63,996 nt of DNA from Octopus bimaculoides (taxonomy: Eukaryota): positions 67,904,886-67,968,881 of the forward strand of contig NC_068984.1 of NCBI RefSeq assembly GCF_001194135.2. Direction: 5' to 3'. A model generated the notes under the pieces. It saw only the letters and a program-made list of their open reading frames with translations. It searched no databases and was not told where the DNA came from. How positions within the stretch are numbered: position 1 is the stretch's first letter; every line of letters starts with the position of its first letter. This document shows, in pieces, positions 26,191-39,210 of the stretch. The position numbers were made by a program, and so were the translations under genes.

Positions 26191-28351
26191 CATGACTAAT
26201 GATTCCATAAGTGATATTGTTGACGAAAGGTATGCAAATATATTTGTGAAACTTTAAATATGGGAATGGATAAGCTATGTAGCCTGAAGAGAAAGAAGTT
26301 TTATGAAATAAACTCACAATTAGTGATATAAAAAAACGTACAACACGTGAAGAGTAAGAAAAGTGTAACTAAAAGGAGCCATGATAGTTGTTGGGGAAGC
26401 TAAATGGAAGAACAGGGAAGAAACATCTTGAAACGAATATATACATATATAACTTGAATATATAACGAAAGAATATGACGTGAATTTAAAAGAAATCTGA
26501 ATGTGAGAGAGTGCACCAGTGTGTTTGTGTGCGTTTGTGTGTGTGTGTTTGCGTGCGTGTGTGTGTGTATTGTGCGTGTGTGCGTGCATGCACGCGCGTA
26601 GTATGAGTGAATGGCTAGAATATTTTTAGCACTGATTGGAGTCAACCCAAACCTTATAAGTGAAATCTGAAAGATGGAAATTGTGTGGAAGCAGACCAAG
26701 TGTTTTGCATTGATAATTAAAATATCCAGCTTTGTTATGCTGTGACGCGATGATTATGTCTGAGAATTACGTTACGGACGCTTACATATTGTCTCAATGA
26801 ATACGAAGTTCAGTTGATCGAACATGAACAGCGATCCGTTTCTTTTTGTTTATGTACATGCTCCATATAAATATATATNNNNNNNNNNNNNNNNNNNNNN
26901 NNNNNNNNNNNNNNNNNNNNNNNNNNNNNNNNNNNNNNNNNNNNNNNNNNNNNNNNNNNNNNNNNNNNNNNNNNNNNNNNNNNNNNNNNNNNNNNNNNNN
27001 NNNNNNNNNNNNNNNNNNNNNNNNNNNNNNNNNNNNNNNNNNNNNNNNNNNNNNNNNNNNNNNNNNNNNNNNNNNNNNNNNNNNNNNNNNNNNNNNNNNN
27101 NNNNNNNNNNNNNNNNNNNNNNNNNNNNNNNNNNNNNNNNNNNNNNNNNNNNNNNNNNNNNNNNNNNNNNNNNNNNNNNNNNNNNNNNNNNNNNNNNNNN
27201 NNNNNNNNNNNNNNNNNNNNNNNNNNNNNNNNNNNNNNNNNNNNNNNNNNNNNNNNNNNNNNNNNNNNNNNNNNNNNNNNNNNNNNNNNNNNNNNNNNNN
27301 NNNNNNNNNNNNNNNNNNNNNNNNNNNNNNNNNNNNNNNNNNNNNNNNNNNNNNNNNNNNNNNNNNNNNNNNNNNNNNNNNNNNNNNNNNNNNNNNNNNN
27401 NNNNNNNNNNNNNNNNNNNNNNNNNNNNNNNNNNNNNNNNNNNNNNNNNNNNNNNNNNNNNNNNNNNNNNNNNNNNNNNNNNNNNNNNNNNNNNNNATAT
27501 ATATATATATATATATATATATATACGCAAAAGTAATGTTTGCAAAAATGGTTTCGAGGGATGTATAATCGTAGCGGATACCGTGTTCACTTTTATCAGT
27601 TGTCAAAGCCAGCTAGCCACAGTGAAAGTTGATGAAAATTACGTTAGTTTTCAAATGTCATCAAAACGACTAGTTCCCGTAGAAAAATAATGAAATTCAT
27701 AAAGATCCGGAGAATGGAGATTTGCACACCCAAGTTTTATTTATTCAGTTAGTTTGAGCTACAAGTGGCCTAGGCCAAGCTTAACTTAATAGCACCAGTT
27801 GGAAAAGACATTCAATAACGTGTGTAAATGTATGTGTCTATATTATAAAGGTAGGTTTAAAAAAGAATGTCGGTGAAACGAGTTAATGAAATATTTTTTT
27901 CGATTTTTAGTTGAAAGCATACCCAGATCCAAGTCATCGACCTTTGGGAAATAAAAAATCCACAAGGTCAAAACAATTGTAAATTTCTTAGCGAATATTG
28001 GATTCCATGACTCCCGATGTTAACAACCAATGGGATATTGTGTTATCACTCCAATCTAATCCTTCTCCCAGATAAAAATGACATCATTGGAACTTATGTC
28101 TAGAAAAGATTAAGTCTAGAAGTATGGTAATTTACCTTCTTGAAGATGATCGCAACGGCGACAACGACGACGACGGTGATGATGATGATGATGATGATGA
28201 TGATATACGGTGTGTGCGTGTGGATGTTATGTAAATGTGTTTCTACATATATGAGTTGGCACTAAGATTAATGTTATAGTGAAAATATCCCTGTTCGAAG
28301 TATACGTGTTTCGGCATACAGAGATATTAGCTAAGGCATATTTAACCCCCA

Positions 28352-28355
<4 letters not shown>

Positions 28356-28431
<76 letters not shown>

Positions 28432-28455
28432 CCCCTCTCTCTCTCTCTCTTTCTC
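28356..28455. repeat. (CT)n microsatellite
   Basis: Directly visible. Confidence 0.95.
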
Positions 28456-28692
28456 TTGTGGTATATGCATTTGAAAAAGTGCCAAAAGTGACCAGATTCA
28501 TACATCAATCATGATCTCATGGACGGATGGGCGTTAAAATGATGATGCATATGTCAGGTTTTAAGGCAGCATGGTTTCACAAACGCACCAAACACTCACA
28601 CACACGCACACGCACACACACACACACACGCACACACACATACACACATGCACGTATACAAATTAATATGTATCTGTGTATGTCTGAATATG

Positions 28693-28743
<51 letters not shown>

Positions 28744-29495
28744 ACACACACATGCAAAGACAGATAGATATATATATTTATACAAAAGTGTAAGTGTGTG
28801 TATATAGCAGTATGTATATACATATAGTTATATAGTACATGAAACATTCATATACATACGTGTATATATATATATATATATGATACAGTTTAGTATATAT
28901 TACAAATATATATATGTATGTATATTTTATCTATATGTTAATATATATTTATATATGTGTATACATATATACACATATGTGTGTGTGTGTGTGTGTGTGT
29001 GCAAGATATGTATGTGAGGGTATGTGTGCTTTAATGTCAATAACTCACAGTCGGGTAAGAGAGTCTACTCGAGTGAAAGTTTGTGTGTAATTGCTTTTTA
29101 ACGTGTTGAAACTGTACAGGCAGAAGCTGCACCAGAAATTATCTCCAGTCTTACATTGCCACTGTTAGTCTGTACATCACGTAGCAGACAAATCTAGAAT
29201 GTGGTATTCCATGTAAATATATATACACAAACATATAAACATAGATATGTATATATGCAAACACAGACGCACAAATGTACAGACACAGACGCGCACACAC
29301 GTGTGCACACACGTATGCACACACAGGCGCATAGACTGAGGGAGAAAGATAAAAAGAGAAATTAGGAGGCTTTAGATATAAGTATATAAAATAGTACGAT
29401 TGCTTATATTTCAAGCCCCTCATATAAACGTATAACCTGTGAACAGACACACATACGTGTGTGTGTGTGTGTGTGTGTGTGTGAAGAAAAAGAGG

Positions 29496-29527
<32 letters not shown>

Positions 29528-29721
29528 AGTGGGGGTTCAGTGAGAGAGAAAAAGGGATGAGATTTAAATATAAGTAAAATGATATAAGTGCTTATTTATG
29601 AAGTCACTCATATGAATATACAAACTATGAACTCACAAAGAGATATATAAACATATATGTATATACATATATATATACATATATATTATATCGTATCATC
29701 ATATGCACGAATCTTCTATTG

Positions 29722-29762
<41 letters not shown>

Positions 29763-30257
29763 CATATATTATATATACAGAAAGTGACAGAGAGAGGATC
29801 GAGAAGAGAAGAGAGTGTAGAGAGAAAGAGAGAGATGAATTTACTACTGCGTCTCAGATCTAAATCTACGTATAACTTTACAAATCTAGAAGCGTTCTCC
29901 CATTCCGTAATAGTAAATCTGTTGACAGATCTCCTTGTAAGCAATGGTATTATCGAATTTTATTTGTATAAGTGGCACATGTTTGCTGCTTTCGTTTCAT
30001 CAGAATCATGCAGCCGTTGACCTGTTAATTCCACTTACATTCTATACACTGTATACAGTAATCTTATATACTTCATTCAGTTATACTTTCTGCATATACG
30101 AGACAGTAACCCTGCGGTAAACTATGTGAGCAAATGATTATCCCTTAGATCAAATTATTAAACGGAGGTCTCGAGATAGGTGACCTTTTCAGATGTAGGA
30201 TTTGAGACTTTTTTTTTTAGGAGACTGCTCAAGATTTTATTATAATATTATACTATA

Positions 30258-30647
30258 GGCGCAGGAGTGGCTGTGTGATAAGTAGCTTGCTTACCAGCCA
30301 CATGGTTCCGGGTTCAGTCCCACTGCGTGGCACCCTGGGCAAGTGTCTTCTACTATAGCCTCGGGCCGACCAAAACCTTGTGAGTGGATTTGGCAGACAG
30401 AAACTGAAAGAAATCCGTCGTATAAATGTATATATATGTGTGTGTGTTTTTGTCTGTCTGTGTTTGTCCCTTACCCAACATCGCTTGACAACCGATGCTG
30501 GTGTGTTTACGTCCCCATAACCTAGCGGTTCGGCAAAAAGAGCCCGATAGAATAAGTACTAAGGGTCGATTTGCTCGATTAAAGGTGGTGCTCCAGCATG
30601 GCACAGTCAAATGACTGAAACAAGTAAAAGGGTAAAGGAGTAAAGAG
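30258..30647 (+). mobile_element. SINE family A, well-preserved full-length copy
   Basis: A-box-like tggctgtgtgataag and B-box-like ggttcagtccc, ctgggcaagtgtcttctac core, internal (TA)/(GT)n and (GTAAAAGA)-type tail; more than ten homologous copies in this window. Confidence 0.92.
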
Positions 30648-30659
30648 TATTACTATACA

Positions 30660-30873
30660 ACTAAGGCGGCGAGCTGACAGAATCGTTAGCACAGCGGACA
30701 AAATACTTTGCGGCATTTCGTCCGTTTTTACGTTCTCAGTTCCAATTCCTCCGAGGTCGACTTGGCCTTTCATCCTTTTGCAGTTCATAAAATAAGTACC
30801 AATCAAGCACTGGGCTTGATGTAATCTCCCCACCCCAAAAAAATTCAGGCCTTGTGCCTATTATAGAAAGAAT
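30660..30873 (+). mobile_element. SINE family B with 12-bp flanking direct repeat
   Basis: Homologous to 5066-5290; tattactataca at 30648-30659 and 30874-30885 is consistent with a target-site duplication. Confidence 0.88.
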
Positions 30874-30889
30874 TATTACTATACACTCT

Positions 30890-31627
30890 AATAAGCTGGC
30901 ATGCCAACTTCTGTTTTTCTAGTTTAGATTGAAGACAGCAGTAACAATACTTTGATGTCACGGATGACTAGTTCGGGAATATAGTCAATACCGTGGAGAC
31001 AATTTCAAAGCTCGCTTTACAATAAAGCTTTATGTTGAGCTGAGCATAAATGCTACAAAACTGCTTCTAGATTAACTTGCATGAGCCGAACATCCGTTTT
31101 TCGCTGGCACAAGAAGCCAAGCAAAGCAAGTCCACCGGGAAGCTCATGATGATCCTCCTTTTCGACTGCAAGAAAATCATTTACATCCACTAGTTTTCCA
31201 AATTTATGGGAAATTTGACCAAATGGTCAATCAAGAGTACTTTGTGAAAGTTTTGAGGGAGTTCAGGAAGAGATTTCGTTACAAGAGGCCAAAGCATTTT
31301 CACAAGGACAACGCAACAGTCCAGAATTCCATCTCGGTAACCAAACTACTTAACAGCAAGATGCATCAAATGTGTCCCTCACACTCCTTACAGTGCAGAT
31401 CTTGCTTCTTGTGACTTTTAGTTGTTCCTCAAACTGAAGGAAAAGATGGAGGCTGTGAGAAGCGTTATAGACGCATTCAACTTGAGGCGACTTCCATGGC
31501 GCCTTCATGAAGTAGCTGGAGCGTTATAACAAGTGTATTAAAGCCAGATTTTTTTTTTCTTTACTTCTTTGAAATTAATAAATGTCTCTCCTGATAAAGT
31601 CTGAAAACTTCTGGAATGCACCTTGTA
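30890..31627 (+). mobile_element. Internally deleted mariner (Tc1/mariner) transposon remnant
   Basis: CMSRTSVFRWHK (HTH), AKQSKSTGKLMMILLFD, VNQEYFVKVLREFRKR...HKDNA, PHTPYSADLASCDF*LF, *LERYNKCI; 3' TIR-like end caccttgta. Confidence 0.9.
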
Positions 31628-31659
31628 CATATTTTCGAGAAACCAACAAACATTGATTT

Positions 31660-32165
31660 TTTTTTCTACATAGATACAAGGCCTCAGAATTAAGGGATGA
31701 GCGTAAACGATTAGTTTCAAACCTGTGTATGACTGATCCCAGTTTTAGCTATCCAGGGATGAATACAGAGATAAAGCTGATCAATCAATAATTCAATTAA
31801 ATTTTCTCTACTTTACACTATAGGTACAAGGCCTGAAATTTGGTGGGATGGAGCTAGTCCATTACATCGAACCAAGTGCCCAACTGATACTTATTTCGTC
31901 GACCTTGAAGGGATAAAAAGTGAAGTCGATCTCGGCGGAATTTGAACTCAGAATGTGAGGACCAAATTCAACTGCTATTGGTTTCAAATTTTTGGACAAG
32001 GCCAGTAATTTCGTGAGAGGGATTAAATCGACTGTATCAGACCTTATTTTATCGACCTCGAAAAGATAAAAGGTAACATCGACTATGGTTGCATTTGAAC
32101 GTTGAGGAACAAATGTTGCTAAGCATTTTGTCCGGCGCGGTAACGATTCTTCCTGCGAGCCACTT
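31660..32165 (-). mobile_element. Three head-to-tail diverged SINE family B fragments
   Basis: Repeated acaaggcc...atttt...gaaaggataaaa..gtcgac...atttgaac segments at about 31660-31780, 31805-31960 and 31975-32165. Confidence 0.7.
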
Positions 32166-32879
32166 GGAGTAATATCGAGATGTGTTTGAAGAGATTACGT
32201 AATTGTTTCTACAAAGATTTTAGTTCCGCTAGTCTTTCCAACAAAATCTGTCTCATATGACACAACCCACCACCACCACCAGCACCACCACTACTACTAC
32301 TACTAGATGTCAAGGTAGCATCAAACCGGAAGCCTGGTCCGATTGCTTGCAACAGAATAGATTCCGATAAAGGTATCCAAGGTGATCCATGACTGTGTTA
32401 AGCTGACTGATGGATCGTGTCTACCATCGAAGTACGCCAAGGCTGTATTTGAACTCAGCCGGAACAAATACCACAAAACATGTAGTCTGACGTTCTTCCA
32501 ATTCCGATTAGTATTATTTTTGCGTCAACACACAAAAGATGAGAAGCAAAGTTGAACTTGGTAGAATTTGAACCCAGAAGGCAGAAAGTTGGAACAAATA
32601 ATATTGAACATTCTGTCCGACGTTCAAGCGAATCTTCAAATCCGTTGAGCAAAATATGGGAGCTGATATTGTTCTAAGTATTTGTATGTTGCTATGTTTT
32701 CTATATGCTGTGATTGTTACGGGGTATATATAATTTTTGTTATTTTAGTTTTCTTTGTGTGTGGCATATTTTTATGCTGTTGATTATAGTTTTGGCGGTA
32801 TTCAATGTTTTTTGATGTTACTGGTAATGTAGGAAACCATGTATTATTTTAAGTCTAAGATCAGTAAGAGTAATGCACT

Positions 32880-33330
32880 TACAATCGCGAACTCACGAGT
32901 TCGATTTCCGGAACAGACAGAGCGTTATGTTCTTGAGAAAATCACTTCATTTCATGTTATTCTATGATCATTTCGACAACTGACGTGTGGCACCTGTACA
33001 GGTAATGTCGATTTGATGGAGGAAGTGAGCTAATGTGCTGCATAAACGTTTTGATTGTTGTAAACAAATCACCTGCACAGGTTTTCCAACAATATATTGC
33101 AGAAACATGTTTCTCGATCTTGAGAAGCTACCATTTATTAATTCCAAGTCTGTTGGTGGGAAACAGTGGTTTCCAGGTGATGTGTGTAGCTTTGAAAAAA
33201 AGTTATGCAATAAAGTTTGGAAAATGGTTGGAGCAAGCCATTGTGATATCTGCGTATGACATCTGTGCGTATTGTAAAGGTTTAGAAAGGTCATGCAGAT
33301 ATAAGTTGAATAGAATGAGTGAATGAACAG
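32880..33330 (+). mobile_element. SINE-like repeat with tRNA-like head
   Basis: cacgagttcgatttccgg B-box-like motif followed by gttcttgagaaaatcacttcatttcatgtt, similar to the central domain at 25990. Confidence 0.5.
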
Positions 33331-33694
33331 ATTCTTGCAGTACTCTATATGAGAAACTTCATGTTTGTATTTATCGAGAAAGCCTCTATGGAGTTTCTCG
33401 ACCTACAAGAAATTACAGAAAAATATTCCTCTTATATCTACTCTGCCATCTTAAAATGTTCAACTATAGTAATGTTGTAGTAGTAATAGTGTGCATGCAT
33501 GTAAGCCATGTTATCACTATATGATGACTGAACCAATAGATTAACTTGCTTACTGATATGTGTGAATCACCATGAATAGTTTTGTAACGAAGTATAACGT
33601 ATAACAGAAATGTGTCATATACATAAATACATATATATGCACGCACACATATATATAAGTGTAAATGTGTGTGTGTGTGTGGGGGGGTGTATAC

Positions 33695-33726
<32 letters not shown>

Positions 33727-33730
<4 letters not shown>

Positions 33731-34421
33731 TTACTCTTTTACTCTTTTACTTGTTTCAGTCATTTGATTGCTGCTATGCTGGAGCACCACCTTTAGTCGA
33801 ACAAACCGACCCCAGGACTTATTCTTTGTAAGCCTAGTACTTATTATATCGAACTCTTTTGCCGAACCGCTANNNNNNNNNNNNNNNNNNNNNNNNNNNN
33901 NNNNNNNNNNNNNNNNNNNNNNNNNNNNNNNNNNNNNNNNNNNNNNNNNNNNNNNNNNNNNNNNNNNNNNNNNNNNNNNNNNNNNNNNNNNNNNNNNNNN
34001 NNNNNNNNNNNNNNNNNNNNNNNNNNNNNNNNNNNNNNNNNNNNNNNNNNNNNNNNNNNNNNNNNNNNNNNNNNNNNNNNNNNNNNNNNNNNNNNNNNNN
34101 NNNNNNNNNNNNNNNNNNNNNNNNNNNNNNNNNNNNNNNNNNNNNNNNNNNNNNNNNNNNNNNNNNNNNNNNNNNNNNNNNNNNNNNNNNNNNNNNNNNN
34201 NNNNNNNNNNNNNNNNNNNNNNNNNNNNNNNNNNNNNNNNNNNNNNNNNNNNNNNNNNNNNNNNNNNNNNNNNNNNNTCCGTCTACCAAATCCACTCACA
34301 AGGCTTTGGTCGGCCCGAGGCTATAGTAGAAGACCCTTGCCCAAGGTGCCATGCAGTGGGACTGAACCCGGAATCATGTGGTTGGTAAGCAAGCTACTTA
34401 CCACACAGCCACTCCTACGCC
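33727..34421 (-). mobile_element. SINE family A, young copy spanning an assembly gap
   Basis: Both sides of the gap are near-exact reverse complements of the 30258 copy. Confidence 0.92.
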
Positions 34422-36014
34422 TATATATATAAGTATATTTAATAAATCGTTTTTCATTGACTTTTGTCTATGCGTAGCTCAAACTTAACGCATGTTAAAA
34501 CATATATGCTTGCATAACTTCATAACGCAAATCAAACAAGAAAAGCAGGAAAAGATATAGATGTATGTGTGTGTGTGCCTCAAAGTATAGCACATGAACA
34601 TTATTAAGAGAATTTGCCAGATATAACGACAGAGAAAATAAAAATGGCACGAAATAATAAAAACAGCTTTAGGAATGATGAAGATGATGATCATGATGAC
34701 GATGATGATGATGATGAAGAAGAAGATTTTTAGTTAAGCTACAAGCTGTTAGTATGTTATTTTGCACCGTCACTTCCACTGGGTACAGTGGAACGACAGT
34801 GTACTTGGTTAGTAAATGAAGAGAATATTTAGGCTTCAGGCAACAGATGGTAAAAAACAAAAAAGAACAAAAACAAAATTATAGATTTTCTTAAAATCTC
34901 AGGTCCCAATTTCAAACGAAAACCAAAGAACCAAAGATACACAAACAACTATGAAATAAGTTTGAGTAATGATTCTGTTTCAGAAAGAATCTGATATAAT
35001 ATTTCTTTGGGGAAATGCAGAATTTGATGTATGGAAAGAAACGATTTTGTTGATGCTAAAGAGTGATGTGTAGGCAGAAATTCTCTGGAGAATTTGTTTT
35101 CCGATGTTAAAACCATTTCTCTTATCTATTTTTGTTTAGCATTTGTTATTCTTTTGTTTTTTTGTTTTATTTAAATCTAAGCTGAAAATAATCGTTCAAG
35201 CAGGAAGAGCAGCGAACAACAGTTTTTATAAATCTTTCTTCAAAGGAGACAAACACCTCCATATCTGTTCTATCTAACAATATATATGCCCTTCTATGTA
35301 AGTATTTCTGTGTAGCTGTCTGTACCGGTAGCTGTAGTAGGTATGTATGTATGTATGTATGTATGTATATGTATGTATGCATGTGTATATGTATGTATGT
35401 ACGTACGTATCAATATCTACCTATCAATCTATCTATCTGTCTCTATATATACACACACACATGCACACATATATATATAAGCATACACACACACATATAG
35501 TGTGTGTGTATGTGTGCGTGTGTGTGCGTGTGCGCGTGAATATATATATAGCTAAATATAATCTTCACACATTATCACTTCAGAAGCTGAGAAACTGGTT
35601 TCTACAACATTCGTTTTACAGTGCAGTTGTTCACTAGTTTTGCTTTTAATAATTTACACTTCAGAAATTTCGTCCCTCTTACACACACGCGCGCACGCAC
35701 ACACGCACGTGCATACACACATATATATATACATACACACATACATATATGTATGTGTGTGTGTGTGTGTGTGCGCGCATGTATATATATATGTATATGT
35801 TTGTATGCACGCACAAATATTAGTATAGCTGCTATGGTTTATAAATCTATACAATTGTAAATGGAGAGCTAGGCCCATATAATAAATACTTCTTGAGATT
35901 TTTGCCCAAGTTCAACTGACTGTGGTGTCATTTCACTTCATTGACAACATCTGTAAATTCTGCCCTAAGGCATATGCATACACACACACAACATTACATG
36001 CACACACATACAAG

Positions 36015-36047
<33 letters not shown>

Positions 36048-36141
36048 TAGAGTAGTATGAAACAACGTCTGGTGTGTGTGTGTGCATGTGTTGTGTACGT
36101 GTGTTCTGTGTATTTTTAATTAAAAAGATTTTTTAGGAGTC

Positions 36142-36307
36142 AAAACGATGCAAGTTATAAGAGTTAATACAAGTCAACGGTTTGTAATTTTAACTTGTAC
36201 ATTTCCTAAGATTCCATGAAGAAGGGCTTCTAACGCCGAAATATTGAAGTACAAATTCAAAGTACAGGCCATCGACTTGAATTATATCTTATAACTTGTA
36301 TTGTTTT
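36142..36307. repeat. 166-bp foldback element with about 60-bp imperfect inverted arms
   Basis: aaaacgatgcaagttataagagttaatacaagtcaacgg versus the reverse complement of the right end aaaacaatacaagttataagatataattcaagtcgatgg (32/39 matches), continuing inward. Confidence 0.8.
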
Positions 36308-36322
36308 CGCTATATATATATA

Positions 36323-36397
<75 letters not shown>

Positions 36398-36400
<3 letters not shown>

Positions 36401-36648
36401 TCATCATCATCATCATCATCATTGCCATCACCATCATCGTTTAATGTCTGTCTTCCATGCATGTGAGTAGAAAGGTTGACAGGAACCGGCCAGGCTACCG
36501 TGTCTGTTTTGACAGGTATTTTTTTTTTACGGCTAGATGCCATTCCTGACACCAACTACTTTGCAGAGTGGACTGAATGATTTTTCGAGGCACTAGCATA
36601 GGCAAGGTCAGTTTTGGCATGGTTTTTCACAGTTGGATGCCCTTTCAA
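36398..36648 (-). mobile_element. RTE-associated short repeat (family C) with (GAT)n tail
   Basis: (TCA)n then cgtttaatgtctgtcttccatgc...ggatgcc, reverse complement of the 3' end seen at 62741-62905 and 63790-63996. Confidence 0.6.
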
Positions 36649-38269
36649 ATATGTGTGTGAGTGTGTCTGTGTGCGACGCGTGTCTGTTTTGTATATGTGT
36701 ATGTACACACACACACACAATCACATATATGTGTGTATACAACGACTTTGTGCGCAGTATTCGTTTTCAAAATTCCACTGAGAACGTGTATTAATCAAAC
36801 TAAGAAGATGGAAGTCATTTGGTCATGGAACCACGTAACTGTATCGAACACGGAACCATACCATTTGCGTGACAAAATTCGTAAATTTCAGAGTACAACA
36901 TTTATGTACTGAATTCTCTTTTTTTCATACTAGTACTTGCAAAATCTTCACTATAATGCGTACATACATTCCTACATACATACATACAAACATACATACA
37001 TACATACATACATACATTCATACATACATTCATACATACGTACATATGTCAAAAAAACGGGGGAAACAAACAGCTTGTACATGCATGTGAGCACATAAAA
37101 ATACTCTTATACATAAATAACTGTTCATAAATACATATGTGTATAATATTTGTGTTTCTGTAGTCTATATATTATCAATGTGTCATGCGTAGTAAACCTG
37201 CACTGAAATAACGTTATATCATTCCATAAAGTATTTTCAACCTTTTGCTTTAACAACTCCAGTCATAGATGCCTACTAACCTTTATTGAAGAGAATATGA
37301 TTTATTATCAGAGTAAAATAACGATAACATAGCAAAGAAATAAATTAAAAATCTATCTTAAACTAAAATATGTACCACACGTTTTCTGCGAGCCTGTATT
37401 TGTGTGTGCGTGTTTATATAGACATGGATGCATATGTGTGTATGTATGTATGTATGTATGTATGTATGCATGTATATATGTGTGTGCGTGCGTGTGTATA
37501 TGTATGTATATATATATATACATAAGTGCAATATATTCATAATCATGTGTGTGTGTGTGTGTGTGTGACTATGAATATATTGCACATCACACATATAAGC
37601 GTGTATGAATATGTGTGCGTCTAAGTGCGCATACGTATTTGGTATGCAGCATAGCCGATGTAGTTTCCGGTGAGATATCTAACGACGAAATAATGGTCCA
37701 TAGAGCATGAAATTCCAGGGAAATATCTAAGTCTGTGGGTCATCGCTGTGGGTTCCATTAGCTGCTCGCAAAATCATTGTCTGCATGATCAAAGCAAACA
37801 TGAGATATTTTTCCAAGCGAGAGATCAACGAAATAACTGGTCCGTCCAAATCCAGCCATTCAAACGAAACATAAATGAAATAAAACCAGAACTTCGAAAA
37901 AGCTACGCAATATAGGGGGGAAAAAACAGCACAAATATTTAAAATAGCAATATAAATCTTCGCCATGCATGTATGAGTGTGTGTGCGTATGTGTGCGTAT
38001 GTGTATGTGTGTGTGATATTTATAAATGTTTAGAAACGGGGGCGGGATGCATTCAATATATTTAATAGAGTCTATGCTTTCACTATGATTTCAAAGACGC
38101 GAAATTCAGCGTAGTTTTGACGAGAAATCTTAACTTTCTACATGCGAAGATAAATGTGTATGTGTTTGTCTTTGGGTGTGTATTTGTGAGTGCATGTGTG
38201 TGAACACACGCGTGGATGCAGTTTCTCCTAAAATTGCTATTATACAACGACAAGCATATACATACATAG

Positions 38270-38466
38270 ATACATGCATGGTGGGACTCAACCCGTGACC
38301 GTGTAAGACCTCTTCCTAGGCCTTTTTCACTCTAAGAAACTGCTCATTGGTCTCCCCATCATTGATGATGTCTCGTATGGCTCCTAAGGCCTGCAAAGGC
38401 CCTATAAATCATTCCACACAGGCCACAAGTCATCCACCACTCAGCAGCAACAGCCCGAACATCTGG
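38270..38466 (-). mobile_element. LINE 3' end with C-terminal C2H2-type zinc finger
   Basis: Minus strand TCGLCGMIYRAFAGLRSHTRHHQ*, short UTR ending ccaccatgcatgta. Confidence 0.65.
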
Positions 38467-38821
38467 ATACATACATACCTGCATACGTACGTACATATAT
38501 ACATACACACACATACATACATATATACACACATACATACGCACACATACATATATACACATATACATACACACATACATACATAAATGCATACATACAT
38601 ACACGCAAACCCTTAATTCGTTTGTTACATATGATCACGACACTTTGGATTATAAAAATCTGCAAGACCTTAAGATTTAAAGGATGATGCTTAAAGCAAG
38701 ATACTTGCCTTCACACCCTCTCTACAAATTGGGTTGCATGTCAAATTTCTCTAAACTAAAAAGAGAACGACAAGTACATACATACATACATACATACATA
38801 CATACATACATACATACATAC

Positions 38822-38990
38822 ATGGTGGTTGTCTACTCCTTACAGAGTTTGACCACCTCCTGCACCTACACCTTAGCTTTTTCATAACGTCTGATGTGGC
38901 TTTTAAAACCAGACAGTGTTTTGAAAAATCACCCACACAGATTGCACCTCTGATTTGCACTACCAATACATGCAGGTAAGCTCTGCTCAT
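38822..38990 (-). mobile_element. Second, divergent LINE 3' end with zinc finger
   Basis: Minus strand RCNLCG*FFKTLSGFKSHIRRYEKAKV*, UTR ending ccaccatgtatgtatg. Confidence 0.65.
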
Positions 38991-39210
38991 TTCATACATA
39001 CATGCATACGTACATACTGAATATAAACGTACGGGATATGGTTATAACAGGTACCTAAACGTAATGTGTAGTATAATGCAATGTTTCTTTAATGTGTCAG
39101 TGAACATAAAATGCGTGAGTTTGGTAAAATCTTTAGTTCTTGAAAATTCAAACGGCATAATTTATGCATGTAAAATCATTAATAACATTAACACTTTTTT
39201 TATAGTCATT

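Noticed and set aside
34783-34802. 8-bp hairpin ttccactg-ggta-cagtggaa as a Helitron end
   Set aside because: No CTRR terminus at the expected distance and no second copy.
38839-38975. Plus-strand exon with CAG|GTAAGC donor
   Set aside because: Better explained as the antisense of a LINE zinc-finger 3' end.
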